Notes: generated by a model from the sequence alone, not told the origin. A DNA stretch of 64,000 nt from Gammaproteobacteria bacterium (GCA_963662545.2 CAXXLL010000003.1:384001-448000), one strand, 5' to 3'; shown: positions 8,948 to 19,691, counted from the first letter of the stretch. Program-made: numbers and translations.

Positions 8948-9991
8948 CTAAATAGGTGATCCAAATCTTGCGACACTCGGGCAGTTTCCCGGGAATGGAC
9001 TTGCCGCACGCATGAAGGCACGTACTGCGTCCATCAGACGGTCGATGGTCGAGTAACGATGATTCCGGGTGACATTGTCGTGCAACTGTTTCCAGAGTTT
9101 CTCAATGTCATTGACCCAGGGCTGATAGGCCGGCTGGAACAGCAATCGGAATTTCGGATTGTGCTTTAGCCAGACGTGTGCCAAGCGACATTTGTGGATG
9201 ATGTAGTTATCCACGATCAAGATAATTCGACGCGCGGCGCGGTAAGTTTGCCGCAGGTGGTCGAGCAGGCAAAGGAATAGGTCGCTGTTTTTCCGTGTGC
9301 CCTCGACATACGCAACGCGACCGGTTCGTGCGTGCAGCGCGCCCGCCAGATAGCGTTTCCGGTTTTGCCCAGGCGTGGGGATGGCACGTTGACAACCTTG
9401 AGTAGACCAAAGGAAACCGATTTTGGGATTGAGGTCGATATCGACCTCATCGGCGTAAAACACTTCATGCCCCGATGGGGCTCGAGACAACGCACGATGA
9501 ATGGCTTTCAGGCGCGTGGCTGCCCGTGGGTCGCGCAGATGTAAGGTCGGACGAGCACGACGCCAGCCGAATCCCAAATTAACTAGCCAGCGACGTACCG
9601 TAGAGGCGTGAATGGGCCGTGACAGCAACGAATTCAGCGTCTCGGCCAGCATCTCGCTCGTCCACGTACTGCGCAGGTAGCCATAATCACTGGGCGGCTG
9701 CTCAACTAACTCGGCGAGCGTCTCCAACAGGGTGTCATCCACCGTATACGCCCGCCGGCCCGAGCCGCACGCCTCGAGAAAGGCTTCACCCGCGGTCTGG
9801 AATTGCGTGACCCATCGATAAACCGTTGAACGCGCGACCGACAAACTGCGTGACACGGCCGTCGGTGAGACGCCTGAAGCTAACTGCAACAGGACTTGAG
9901 CGCGGCGAACCACCCGCCCGTTATCGCTGCGTTGAATCAACCGCTTAAAGCGACGTTTCTGTGAGCGCGTCAATGACACTAAACTATCCAT
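8948..9991 (-). CDS. IS630 transposase
   Basis: HTH; FYADE, IVDNYIIHK, PWVNDIEKLW DDE motifs; likely start MDSLVSL. Confidence 0.92.
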   Translation of the reverse strand: MDSLVSLTRSQKRRFKRLIQRSDNGRVVRRAQVLLQLASGVSPTAVSRSLSVARSTVYRWVTQFQTAGEAFLEACGSGRRAYTVDDTLLETLAELVEQPPSDYGYLRSTWTSEMLAETLNSLLSRPIHASTVRRWLVNLGFGWRRARPTLHLRDPRAATRLKAIHRALSRAPSGHEVFYADEVDIDLNPKIGFLWSTQGCQRAIPTPGQNRKRYLAGALHARTGRVAYVEGTRKNSDLFLCLLDHLRQTYRAARRIILIVDNYIIHKCRLAHVWLKHNPKFRLLFQPAYQPWVNDIEKLWKQLHDNVTRNHRYSTIDRLMDAVRAFMRAASPFPGNCPSVARFGSPI

Positions 9992-10095
9992 ACTCAGGTG
10001 ACCTCTTTCGGGAACGTAGATTGCTCGATACAACCTCTGATCTCTGAATGTCACCTGAGTTCTTTTTATTTGATCGAGTTTTTGGAACACCTATT
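8951..10095 (-). mobile_element. IS630-family insertion sequence
   Basis: IRs AATAGGTGATCCAAA / AATAGGTGTTCCAAA; TA duplication in a CTAG target. Confidence 0.92.
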
Positions 10096-11453
10096 TAGTC
10101 TTTCAAAAGCCGTTTCTCGGGCTGCGGCGTCGCGCCCTTTTCAATACGCGACGACGATTCATCCTTGCATCATCAAGGGCGTACGTACCCTGGTTCACCG
10201 ACGAGACTTGGGGAACGATCAACCCGGGGCATTTCGACGGCTCAAAGCCTATGCCCTGAAAAATGGATTCAAGCTGCTCGAAGAGCGCCGCCGGCGTCAA
10301 CTTGGGTGCCGTGACGAACGCCGTCGTCTCGCACCGGTACTGATGTTCGCAGCGGGGCTGGTGGCGAGCTCCGCCATGGCTGAAGAAGGCGTGTTGATTC
10401 AGGACGGCGCCGCCGTCGTACCGACCATCGAGGTTATCGGGCACAGGCAGGTCGAAGAGCGTCCGTATTTGATCGAAGCCGGTAAACGATTTGTTTCCGC
10501 ACCGCATGGGGAGATCGAATTGATCATGAGCGTCGCTTCCGAGGTACGCGCCCACGGCAAGATGCAACGCGTTCGAACACGGGGCGTGCAGATGCCGTCC
10601 GAGTACAGCGGCAGCTTCATCGACCGATACGATTACCAGATGCCGCAAGTCTGCGGCGGGAAAACCTTCAGCTACTACGAGGGCGATGGGTTTGCCGCGC
10701 TTGGATTTCACGCCGACAAAGGCAAGGTCGTGCTCGACGTTCTGGCGGGTGGCGGGCCGTTTACCACCCCACGCTTATGGGGTGCATACGATCAGGTCCT
10801 GAATTCCAACATCCGCATGGACTTGATGTTCGGCGACGGCGAAATGGACGGCATGGGCCTGCTCAAGGCGTCTTACAAGATCGGGTTGATGCCCGTCATG
10901 CGCACCGGGACAAAGAACTACTACGGTGAACTCTACTCGCGTGCGGTCGCGATGGCGGCCGATTGCTCTCGGCCTTTGCCCGAGATCCGACACGCCGGTA
11001 CTCCCGGACCCGAAGATACCGCGGAAGATGCCAGTTAGCCGGCTCGCAAAGTCCTAAATTTATGATGGAGGCACTTGCGGTCCCGTCCCAGGGATCCACT
11101 CCAATTAAAACCGGATACCGGGCGTCAAATTCGCTAAAGGCGAGGCGCCAAAATCCGATAGAGGGGCTATGAACAACCCCGCAAAAGGGGCGGTGTTCAC
11201 CACAGTCGCCTCGCTCGTCAATGGTCTGAACGATCCGCGTTTATCCCTTAGCGACAAGTAGCAGATATTTGCCCAGTAATTTCTCTTGGCGATTTTAGAT
11301 TTTCGTTCTGCTGCCGAAAGATAGGGGAAGAGGAAAGAGACCGGATTTGCGCCAATGTAACAGGCGCGTGTTACGGCGGTGCATATCTCCCCCAATCCGG
11401 TCAAAGTTCTCGGCGGGGACTTCGGTCCCCGTTCTTATAGACACATTCAGATA

Positions 11454-11501
11454 CCCGATCCCTACGCAGGCGCGTAGATAGGCTTTGTAGCGCACATTCA
11501 T
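11454..11501. repeat. ~47-bp dispersed repeat, copy 2
   Basis: Matches 3181-3227. Confidence 0.7.
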
Positions 11502-11625
11502 TCAGGTAGCCCTCAAAGCCGAGTGATGGGGCTACTATGCCGGATCATGGTAGCGGGATGGTCTTACCCGCTTTGAAAGCCTTGGTGTGCCCGCTCTTTC
11601 CGTCGCTATCGGCGACGCGGTAGCA

Positions 11626-12261
11626 TCACGATACGACTTTGCCTCGTGTCAGAAAGGGTAGCGCCGAGGCTAACAACCATACTGGTGCTGGTATCGGTAT
11701 GGGTGCAACAACTGTTTCCCGCAAATTGTCGAACAGGAACCAGCTTGATGAAATGCGTGGCAAATTTTCACCGTTACTATCTGCTATCGCGTGCAATCTA
11801 AAGACTAGCTGCGCAGACCCAGCGATCCCGCTCGTGTCGATAACCTGGTTGAGAAATGTACCTCCGGAGTTGGTCGACCATACAGGGGTTCCGTCGATCA
11901 GGACTCTCGCCTCGAGAAACGACATCAAGGTGCTGCTCTGGCCCGATGGCGCCTGCAATAGCGTAACGATACCTACATCGAACGTGATAGCTGCGACGGT
12001 CGTTAGGTCGACCGTTTGGCTCCATTGACCGAAGTTTCCACTGTTAATGGTACTACCACTACCCGAGAAAACACGCCCGGCCGATGCGCCATCTGTAGGA
12101 AGGCCCGCGAAACTCGATGAAATCGTATCCACACCGAACTGCCCTGAATTACTGGCACTCCAGCCCGATGTCGACTCGAAGCTGGGACTCACGATTGCTG
12201 CCACAGAGTTTCCAGTCACGAGCAGCGTCACGACGACTAGAATTAATCTCGCATCCATCAT
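11626..12261 (-). CDS. Exported protein with VPLPA/PEP-CTERM-like sorting tail
   Basis: Signal peptide, Ser/Gly-rich body, C-terminal PIPIPAPVWLLASALPFLTRGK. Confidence 0.8.
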   Translation of the reverse strand: MMDARLILVVVTLLVTGNSVAAIVSPSFESTSGWSASNSGQFGVDTISSSFAGLPTDGASAGRVFSGSGSTINSGNFGQWSQTVDLTTVAAITFDVGIVTLLQAPSGQSSTLMSFLEARVLIDGTPVWSTNSGGTFLNQVIDTSGIAGSAQLVFRLHAIADSNGENLPRISSSWFLFDNLRETVVAPIPIPAPVWLLASALPFLTRGKVVS

Positions 12262-12394
12262 TAAACCCCCCGCTTGGTTGATAGGCAAAGTATAGCCGTT
12301 GGGCCTAGCGCCTTTGGCCTGTGCTAAGGGATGCCGTGCGAGGCCCTGTGCCGAAGACAGTTGCCCGCCTGAGCGCTAAGGTACTCGCCCATCT

Positions 12395-12664
12395 ATGAAG
12401 GCAAGAGACTCGTTACTGACGTTCGTCGACGCCATCCGGGATGCGTCGGCGCCGCCCTGCGATGGTTGCGCGAACGCTGCACGGTGCGCGGCTGAGTCGC
12501 TGGCATGCGGTCCCTTCCTGGAAACGATAGCCGAGCTGCGACGGCGGAAATCTTTCAGCGCACTGTCGGCCGCCAACGATAGCCGAGCTGCGTCAGGTCA
12601 CCAACACAAACCCGCGGCGGGGTATCGTCAGTATCCGCCGACCGTCGGGTCTGTGAGTTCGTAG
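12395..12664 (+). CDS. Small Cys-rich hypothetical protein
   Basis: PCDGCANAARCAAESLAC; possible metal binding. Confidence 0.4.
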   Translation: MKARDSLLTFVDAIRDASAPPCDGCANAARCAAESLACGPFLETIAELRRRKSFSALSAANDSRAASGHQHKPAAGYRQYPPTVGSVSS

Positions 12665-12972
12665 CCATGAGCTCCAGGGCAGACCATTGAACTGTTCCTG
12701 TTCATAGTGTCCCGGTAGACGAAGCAGTTCGTGTCGAGCCGGGGGTTACCATTCCAGTGAGTGATCAGGACCGCGATCCGGACGAGTTCCTCCTCGGGTG
12801 ACAGGTCACTGCGCCGAACGACGTAGGGGCCGCGGGCGATACATTCCTCATAATCGGCCCGGCGCTTCTCCACGTCGTCCCTCTTGAGGGTCCGCCACTT
12901 GTCCCGCTCCCAACCCTGTATGTTGACGATGGCCAGGCCGCCGAGGATGACGGCGAAGAAGGCGCTGTGAAT

Positions 12973-14259
12973 TTAGGAGCTCCTTCCTCTTCGTTTGCGC
13001 CGTGAGGCTTTGCGACGCTTGTTCAAGCTGACTACGCCCGCGCCTGCGGCAAGTTGGTCCAGGTAGTCGGCCCATGCCTGCATCATCTTCTTGCGTTCGG
13101 GCAGGTGCTCGGCACGATTGTATGCATCTCTGACTGCGTTTCGTTCAACATGTGCAAGTTGCCGTTCAATGACGTCCCGATTCCACCCTTGCTCGTTCAA
13201 CAGCGTCGATGCCGTGGTGCGGAAGCCGTGGGCGGTCATCTGGTCCTTCGTGTAGCCCAAGCGACGCAGCGCGGCGTTGAGCGTGTTCTCGCTCATCGGT
13301 CGGCTTCGGCTACGGATACTCGGGAAGATGTACTCGCCCTTCTCGGTGAACGGGTGCAGCTCACGAAGGATCTTCACAGCCTGCTTCGAAAGCGGCACAA
13401 GATGCTCCGCGTCCATCTTCATCCGGCGCTCAGGGATGCGCCACATCGCTTCGTCGAGATCGAATTCCGCCCACTCCGCGGCGCGTAGCTCTCCAGGCCG
13501 AACGAACAGAAGCGGGGCTAGGCACAGGGCCGCTTGAGTCACCGGCTCGCCTTGGTAACCGCGAATGGCACGCATGAGTTCGCCCACGGCTTTGGGCTCC
13601 GTAATCGCGGGGTGATGTCTAGTTTTCGCCGTCTCGATGGCACCGCGCAAATCCGCAGCCGGATCGCGCTCCGCCCGGCCAGTCACGATCGCGTACCGAA
13701 AGACCTGGCTGAGGCTCTGCCGGACGCGTTGCGTGACCTCCAGGGCTCCGCGGCCTTCTATCTTGCGCAGGAGTTTGAGCAGCTCCGGAGCGGTGATCTC
13801 GTGGATGGGTCGGGTGCCGAGGGTCGGGAACACTTCGTTTTCGAGCCGTGATAGCCGGGAGGCTGCCGTGGAAGACGCCCATACCTTTGATTTCTTGTTG
13901 TGCCACTCGCGGGCGATGACTTCGAGGGAATTCTCTTTCGCGGCAGCTTTCGACGCTTTCGCAGCCTTGCGATGCTGAGTAGGGTCGATACCTTGGCCGA
14001 TGAGTCGCCGCGCGTGGTCCCGCATCTCGCGGGCCCCCTCAATCCATTCACCGGTCGCTTTGTCCTTTCTGCCAGTGAGCGGAACGTCAGGGTAGCTACC
14101 GAGAGCAAGCGTCGAGTCTTTGCCCTCGAACCGATAGCGGAAGCGCCAGAGTTTCGTGCCGGACGGCGTGACGAGAAGGTAGAGGCCCCCTGCGTCAGCG
14201 AGCTTCTTCGGCTTGTCACCGGGCTTGGCATTACGGATCGCGGTGTCGTTCATCGCCAA
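12973..14259 (-). CDS. P4-like tyrosine integrase
   Basis: Arm-binding N-terminus (DAGGLYLLVTPSGTKLWRFRY), VRPGEL, HGFR, QLAH, AYNR. Confidence 0.96.
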   Translation of the reverse strand: MAMNDTAIRNAKPGDKPKKLADAGGLYLLVTPSGTKLWRFRYRFEGKDSTLALGSYPDVPLTGRKDKATGEWIEGAREMRDHARRLIGQGIDPTQHRKAAKASKAAAKENSLEVIAREWHNKKSKVWASSTAASRLSRLENEVFPTLGTRPIHEITAPELLKLLRKIEGRGALEVTQRVRQSLSQVFRYAIVTGRAERDPAADLRGAIETAKTRHHPAITEPKAVGELMRAIRGYQGEPVTQAALCLAPLLFVRPGELRAAEWAEFDLDEAMWRIPERRMKMDAEHLVPLSKQAVKILRELHPFTEKGEYIFPSIRSRSRPMSENTLNAALRRLGYTKDQMTAHGFRTTASTLLNEQGWNRDVIERQLAHVERNAVRDAYNRAEHLPERKKMMQAWADYLDQLAAGAGVVSLNKRRKASRRKRRGRSS

Positions 14260-14438
14260 TTTTGGGGTACGGTTCTCGAAGGGTTCTAGAATACCCCGGA
14301 TCGTACCCCGCTATCACCCCCCGGCTGTCAACGTTCCTCAGCGGAGAGTAACGGACCCAAAATGCTATGATTTTAGGCAATTATGCGGGTGCGCATGCAG
14401 GTGTGGCGGACTTCTACGGACGTGGGCGGAACAATGTT

Positions 14439-14486
14439 TGGTGCCGGAGAGTGGACTCGAACCACCGACCTACTGATTACGAATCA
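14439..14486 (-). other. att core: 3' 48 nt of tRNA-Thr(CGT)
   Basis: TGATTCGTAATCAG...GGTTCGAGTCC...GGCACCA; acceptor 5' strand and D arm absent. Confidence 0.85.
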
Positions 14487-14601
14487 AATATTGCGAGTAC
14501 CCGCTCGTTCGCGAGGAGTAGCCTTTCTTACAATATTTTCCCTAATACTTACCCAAATGGACTGTTGTAATCGAAGAGCCGGTATAACCTACTGAAAGAT
14601 A

Positions 14602-14677
14602 TGGCGTCCCCTGGGGGAGTCGAACCCCCGTTGCCGCCGTGAAAGGGCGGTGTCCTAGGCCACTAGACGAAGGGGAC
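14602..14677 (-). tRNA. tRNA-Glu(TTC)
   Basis: GTCCCCTTCGTCTAG...CTTTCAC...GGGGACGCCA cloverleaf. Confidence 0.97.
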
Positions 14678-14682
14678 GGGAT

Positions 14683-14758
<76 letters not shown>

Positions 14759-14924
14759 ATCTGCAGGTCGAATGTGCTGAAGCAGAAAGCGGATCGCCTT
14801 GCTTCTTAGCGTCCCATTATAGAGGATGCTTGAACCGGTAAAAAGCTGGGCTTCTCGCCTAGATTCAAGTCCTTACACTGCCCTTCCGAAGCGGGCGCAG
14901 GTTACGTGAGGGGGGGATCGGCTG

Positions 14925-16340
14925 TCAAGCTGCCGCAGCGCGGGCGTCGATGTATGCAAGGGCTTTGTCGAGGCGTTTCAGGCATTGTTCGCGGCCGACC
15001 AAGTGCAAGGTTACGTCGATGGACGGTGAGGCGGCGGATCCGGTGACGGCGACTCTCAATGGCTGGGCTATCTTGCCGAGTTTGAGTTCATGTGCCGCGG
15101 CGATTTCCTCGACCAGCGCGTGGAGCGCGTTGGGAGTCCACGGATTCTGGATTTCTAGCCGCTCACGAATATTGCGCAATGGCGGTCCCGCGATCGGGCG
15201 CAGGTGTTTTTTCGCGGCGCCCTCATCAAATGCGTCGAGTTCACCGAAGAACGGGCGGCTCTTCTCAGCTATCTCGACCAGGGTTTTCGCGCGGGTGCGT
15301 TGAGCCTCGATCACGGTCTCGAGCCTCGCGCTGTCGCTGGTATCGATTCCCGCCGCGACGAAATGCGGCGCCGCCTGTTCACGGAGTTCCGCCATTGGCA
15401 TTGTCTGGATGTACTGCTGGTTGACCCATAAGAGCTTCTCCCGGTCGAAGGTCGCGGCCGATTGATGAATACCTTCGATATCGAAATACTCGGTCATCTC
15501 GGCCGGCGTGAAGATCTCCTGGTCACCGTGGGACCAGCCGAGCCGCACGAGGTAATTCAGCAGCGCCTGGGGGAGAAAACCGTCGTCGCGATACTGCAGC
15601 ACGCTCACCGCGCCGTGCCGCTTGGAAAGCTTCTTCCCGTCGGCACCGTTGATCATTGGAATGTGCGCATAGACAGGGCGCGCGGCGCCCAGGGCTTCGA
15701 GGATATGGATCTGGCGCGGGGTGTTGTTCAGGTGATCGTCGCCGCGGATCACATGGGTGACACCCATGTCGACGTCGTCGACGACCACGGTCAGGTTATA
15801 GGTCGGACTGCCGTCCGATCTTGCAATGATCAGATCATCGAGTTCACTGTTCTGAATCGTCACCGTGCCGCGGACACCATCCTCGAGCTCGATCGCGCCA
15901 TCCTGCGGTGTACGGAAACGGACGACCGGCGGATTGCCGCTTGCTGCGGCGTCGGGATTGTCACGGCAATAGCCGTCGTAGCGTGGTTTTTCCTTCGCTG
16001 CCATCTGCGCCTCACGCAAGGCCTTGAGCCGTTCACGGCTGCAGTAGCAGCGGTAGGCCTTGCCCTCCTCGACCAGCTTGGCGGTCACCTCGGCGTAGCG
16101 GTCGAAACGCTGGGTCTGGTAATAAGGCCCTTCGTCATAATCGAGCCCGAGCCAGGCCATTCCTTCCAGAATGACGTCGACGGCTTCCTGCGTCGAGCGT
16201 TCGCGATCGGTGTCCTCCAACCGTAATACGAAACGCCCGCCGTACCGGCGCGCGAATAGCCAGTTATAGAGCGCGGTGCGCGCGCTACCGATGTGCAGGT
16301 AGCCCGTGGGGCTAGGCGGGAAACGGGTGACGACGGTCAT
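14925..16340 (-). CDS. gltX: Glutamate--tRNA ligase
   Basis: RFPPSPTGYLHIG, KLSKR. Confidence 0.98.
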   Translation of the reverse strand: MTVVTRFPPSPTGYLHIGSARTALYNWLFARRYGGRFVLRLEDTDRERSTQEAVDVILEGMAWLGLDYDEGPYYQTQRFDRYAEVTAKLVEEGKAYRCYCSRERLKALREAQMAAKEKPRYDGYCRDNPDAAASGNPPVVRFRTPQDGAIELEDGVRGTVTIQNSELDDLIIARSDGSPTYNLTVVVDDVDMGVTHVIRGDDHLNNTPRQIHILEALGAARPVYAHIPMINGADGKKLSKRHGAVSVLQYRDDGFLPQALLNYLVRLGWSHGDQEIFTPAEMTEYFDIEGIHQSAATFDREKLLWVNQQYIQTMPMAELREQAAPHFVAAGIDTSDSARLETVIEAQRTRAKTLVEIAEKSRPFFGELDAFDEGAAKKHLRPIAGPPLRNIRERLEIQNPWTPNALHALVEEIAAAHELKLGKIAQPLRVAVTGSAASPSIDVTLHLVGREQCLKRLDKALAYIDARAAAA

Positions 16341-16447
16341 CGAGATGATTCAAGCATGGCTTAAGCGTGGGCGCATTATAGGAAATCCCACGCGCCGACG
16401 GACGCGAACGAGCGCGACAGCGACCAATTTCCGCCCATAAAGGTCGA

Positions 16448-16476
16448 TTGACCCTCTAAACGGCACATCCTAGAAT
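16448..16476 (+). promoter_or_regulatory. Sigma70 promoter of tRNA-Val
   Basis: TTGACC-17 bp-TAGAAT. Confidence 0.75.
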
Positions 16477-16492
16477 CGCCTTCCTTCGATCG

Positions 16493-16567
16493 GGGCGATT
16501 AGCTCAGCGGGAGAGCACTGCCTTCACACGGCAGGGGTCGCTGGTTCGAACCCAGCATCGCCCACCA
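16493..16567 (+). tRNA. tRNA-Val(CAC)
   Basis: GGGCGATTAGCTCAG...TTCACAC...CGCCCACCA. Confidence 0.97.
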
Positions 16568-16664
16568 ATTAGTCTAACCACGTCTCCGCCAAGGTTCTCG
16601 TACCCGTTTCAAAGTGGTCACTAAACCGGGGCAGGCGTTCGATGATCGTCGCCAAGCTCGGGCC

Positions 16665-17483
16665 TCACTCGCAAATTTCACCGAATTTTTCGCAACGCCG
16701 ACGGCACTTGCGCGCGCCCCGCGGATCGACGTTGCAGTCCTCGCCCCAATTCAGGCACCCGTGAATGCATTTGGCGCCTTCGGCGTTCGATTCGCCCGAC
16801 TTCTGCGATTTCCCGTTGGGCGAGATGGCGAGCGTGGTGCCGCTTTTCGCAGCGATTTCTCGAGCGAGTCCCGCCGCCGACTCTTTTTCTTCAGTGGTCA
16901 GATCTTCCTCTAAACTTGCAAACACCTTACGTACGGTGCGCCTGTCTGCCAATGGAAAGGCGTTCTCTAAATCACCCAGTTCTACTTCATCGTTGGTGAA
17001 ATAGTCCGTTGCCGTTAACAGCCAGGCGTAAGCTTTGACCTTGTCCTGCTTGAATCCTTCGCCTCTGGCGTATTTCAATCCCATCATCGATCGAGACGGA
17101 AAATAGCCATGATCGACCGCTTTCTGATACCACCTGATCGCTTTCCTGTGATTTTTCCTGACCCCATATCCGTAGTCGTACATCATGCCGAGTCGATGCT
17201 CGGCATCGGGACGGCCGAATTTCGCCGCCTCCTTGAACCACATGAATGCCTTCTCTGGATTCTGCGAGATCCCCTGACCGCGCGCATACATCGCCCCGAA
17301 TATTGACATTGCCCGGTAATCGCCCTTTTCAGCGAGTTTCTCGAAGATCCTCGCCGCGGTCTCGTAACGGGCTTCTTTGTAAGCGGCCGCGCCCATGTCG
17401 AATTCGTCCGCATTCGCTGGCGCCACCGCGAAATACACGGCTGCGTAGATAATGCAGATAATTGATCGTTGAACTGACATCAT
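16665..17483 (-). CDS. Exported Sel1-repeat protein with Cys-rich tail
   Basis: Signal peptide, Sel1 repeats (GxMYxxGxG, A..WYxKA), six C-terminal Cys. Confidence 0.9.
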   Translation of the reverse strand: MMSVQRSIICIIYAAVYFAVAPANADEFDMGAAAYKEARYETAARIFEKLAEKGDYRAMSIFGAMYARGQGISQNPEKAFMWFKEAAKFGRPDAEHRLGMMYDYGYGVRKNHRKAIRWYQKAVDHGYFPSRSMMGLKYARGEGFKQDKVKAYAWLLTATDYFTNDEVELGDLENAFPLADRRTVRKVFASLEEDLTTEEKESAAGLAREIAAKSGTTLAISPNGKSQKSGESNAEGAKCIHGCLNWGEDCNVDPRGARKCRRRCEKFGEICE

Positions 17484-17614
17484 CTGATTGTACCGTTATG
17501 ACGACGGGGCGGCATGCGCGATTCGATACATGTCATCAGCGGTGATCCCGGTTTTACCATCATGCTGTTATAAGATGTGATCGCGACGCGTATAACGCCG
17601 TACAAGGGGGGCAG

Positions 17615-18691
17615 ATGAAATTCAGCCTATTGTATTTACCGGCATACGATCCGGTTACCCATGGTAGCGTGCAGGATCTGTACAAACAGATCTTCGATGA
17701 GGTCGATTTTGCCGAGCGCGAAGACTTTCATCGAGTATGGGTAGCCGAACATCACGTCGGTGGCTACGGCGGGCAGCTCCCCTGCGTGCCGGTTATCTTG
17801 TCGGCCTTGGCGCAACGAACCCGGCGCATAGGACTTGCGAGCGGCGGCGTTTGCGTGCCGCTGCATCGGCCCCTCGAACTCGCCGAGCAATTGGCGATGG
17901 TTGACGTCCTGTCGAACGGTCGCCTCGAAGTCGGATGCGCCAACGCGTTTTTGCCTTACGAGTTCGCGGCCTACAACGTGGACTTGGACGAGAGCCGTGA
18001 GCTTTTCAGGGAAAACATCGAAATTTTGCTGGGCCTATGGTCGAACAAACGCTTTAGCTATCACGGCAAACATTCGCGGCTGGAGGACGTCGAATTGACG
18101 CCTAAGCCGCTGCAAAAGCCGCATCCGCGCTTATCGATTGCGGCGATATTGACCCGCGAGTCATTCGAATATGCCGGACACAAGGGCTTCAATTTGATGG
18201 TTGTGCCGTACATCAAATCACTGGAGGACATCGCGGAGCCTATCGCTTGGTATCACGCGGCCCTGCGCGAATCCGGATATGACCCGGATGACTTCAACGT
18301 AATGGGCACGTTTCATTGCTACTGCCACGAAGACGATGCGACCGCCTACGAGACGATGCGGAAACCCATGTACGAATATTTGAAAAACGTCCGCGACTCT
18401 GCGAGTAAGGGACAGTTCGGCAAGGGTTACGAAGGCTATGAAAAACTGAGCCAGGGCGTTCAGAAGCTCATGGATAACTACGATCTGATGTACCAGGAAC
18501 GAACGCTCTTCGGCACGCCTGAAAAGCTGATCTCCCGCATCACTGCCGCTAGGGAGGCGGGCCTGACTGAAGTGTCGCTTATCAGCTTGATGCCGTCCTT
18601 GTCCGCCGAGCAATCCATGCGGTCGCTGCGTTTGGTGAGCGAGCAGGTCATACCGGCGTTCAACGGCACGACGGAAGCTGCCGTAGCGTAA
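17615..18691 (+). CDS. LLM-class flavin-dependent oxidoreductase
   Basis: VWVAEHH, LAEQLAMVDVLSNGRLEVG, PKPLQKPHP. Confidence 0.93.
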   Translation: MKFSLLYLPAYDPVTHGSVQDLYKQIFDEVDFAEREDFHRVWVAEHHVGGYGGQLPCVPVILSALAQRTRRIGLASGGVCVPLHRPLELAEQLAMVDVLSNGRLEVGCANAFLPYEFAAYNVDLDESRELFRENIEILLGLWSNKRFSYHGKHSRLEDVELTPKPLQKPHPRLSIAAILTRESFEYAGHKGFNLMVVPYIKSLEDIAEPIAWYHAALRESGYDPDDFNVMGTFHCYCHEDDATAYETMRKPMYEYLKNVRDSASKGQFGKGYEGYEKLSQGVQKLMDNYDLMYQERTLFGTPEKLISRITAAREAGLTEVSLISLMPSLSAEQSMRSLRLVSEQVIPAFNGTTEAAVA

Positions 18692-18860
18692 GTTAGTATT
18701 CGAGCGAGGGCGATAGGATCCAGCACGATATCGCGGCGCTCAGCGCAAAAACAGGCGAACCGCCGTTTAGTAAGCGTGGATTATCCCCTCCCGCGACTTG
18801 CGCCGCTGTCGGCACCGCTCGAAAATGGCGCCTTTGATACCACGACCCTGGAGCCGCTCC

Positions 18861-19664
18861 ATGTCCGACGCTGCGCAATCGCTTGAAACCCAGTCGGATG
18901 TCCTATGCGAGACCGAAGACGGGATCGCGACCATCACGCTCAACCGCCCCCGGGCTTACAACACCCTGACGAGCGGCGTCATCGCCGCCCTATCCGCCCA
19001 CCTGGAAGCCCTGGCATCCAAGCCGGAGGCGCGGGTGATCATCATCGCCTCGACCGGCAAAGCATTTTCCACGGGGCACGATCTCAAGGAAATGAACGCC
19101 AACCGGAACGAGGCGTTTTATCGTCAACTACTCGGCGATTGCTCAAATATGATGCAGGCTGTCGTCGGCCAGCCCCAGCCCGTCATCGCACAGGTCCAGG
19201 GGATCGCGACCGCGGCCGGCTGCCAGTTAGTGGCGAGCTGCGATCTCGCCATTGCCGCGCGCGCCGCACGCTTTGCGACCAACGGTATTCAAAACGGCCT
19301 TTATTGCGCGACACCCCAAGTTGCCCTGAGCCGCGTGGTCGCGCGCAAGCATGCGCTCGAGATGCTCTTGACCGGGGATTTCATCGACGCCGAACGCGCT
19401 GCTGAGATCGGACTCGTCAACCGCGTGGTCGACGACGCCGTACTGGAACATGCCGCGCGCGAATTCGCCGGAAAGATCGCTGATCAATCGCAAATGGCCG
19501 TGCACCTCGGCAAAGCCTCGTTCTACCGTCAGATCAACCAGCCGCTCGACGGCGCCTACCGCAGTGGCTCGGAAGACCTCGTCTGCAACCTGCTGGCCGA
19601 GGACGGCATCGAGGGCCTCACCGCCTTTATTGAAAAGCGCAAACCGCAGTGGAAAGACCGCTGA
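18861..19664 (+). CDS. Enoyl-CoA hydratase family protein
   Basis: AFSTGHDLKE, ATAAGCQLVASCDLA. Confidence 0.93.
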   Translation: MSDAAQSLETQSDVLCETEDGIATITLNRPRAYNTLTSGVIAALSAHLEALASKPEARVIIIASTGKAFSTGHDLKEMNANRNEAFYRQLLGDCSNMMQAVVGQPQPVIAQVQGIATAAGCQLVASCDLAIAARAARFATNGIQNGLYCATPQVALSRVVARKHALEMLLTGDFIDAERAAEIGLVNRVVDDAVLEHAAREFAGKIADQSQMAVHLGKASFYRQINQPLDGAYRSGSEDLVCNLLAEDGIEGLTAFIEKRKPQWKDR

Positions 19665-19691
19665 CATAAACAACGAGAGGACGAAGCCCGC

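Larger units (their letters stand above)
8866..11038 (+). pseudogene. Hypothetical membrane/exported protein split by IS630
   Basis: GGAGG RBS; MLTNLAFKQ...PSFLT joins in frame to SLSKAVSR... of ORF 9998-11038 when IS and one TA are removed. Confidence 0.7.

Noticed and set aside
12628-12972. Intact gene downstream of the integrase
   Set aside because: Frame is open up to the integrase stop with no convincing start; probably a 5'-truncated fragment
12973-14259. Integron integrase driving a cassette array
   Set aside because: Has a P4-type arm-binding domain and a tRNA att core; no canonical attC ends identified
14439-14486. Functional tRNA-Thr
   Set aside because: 5' acceptor strand and D arm are missing
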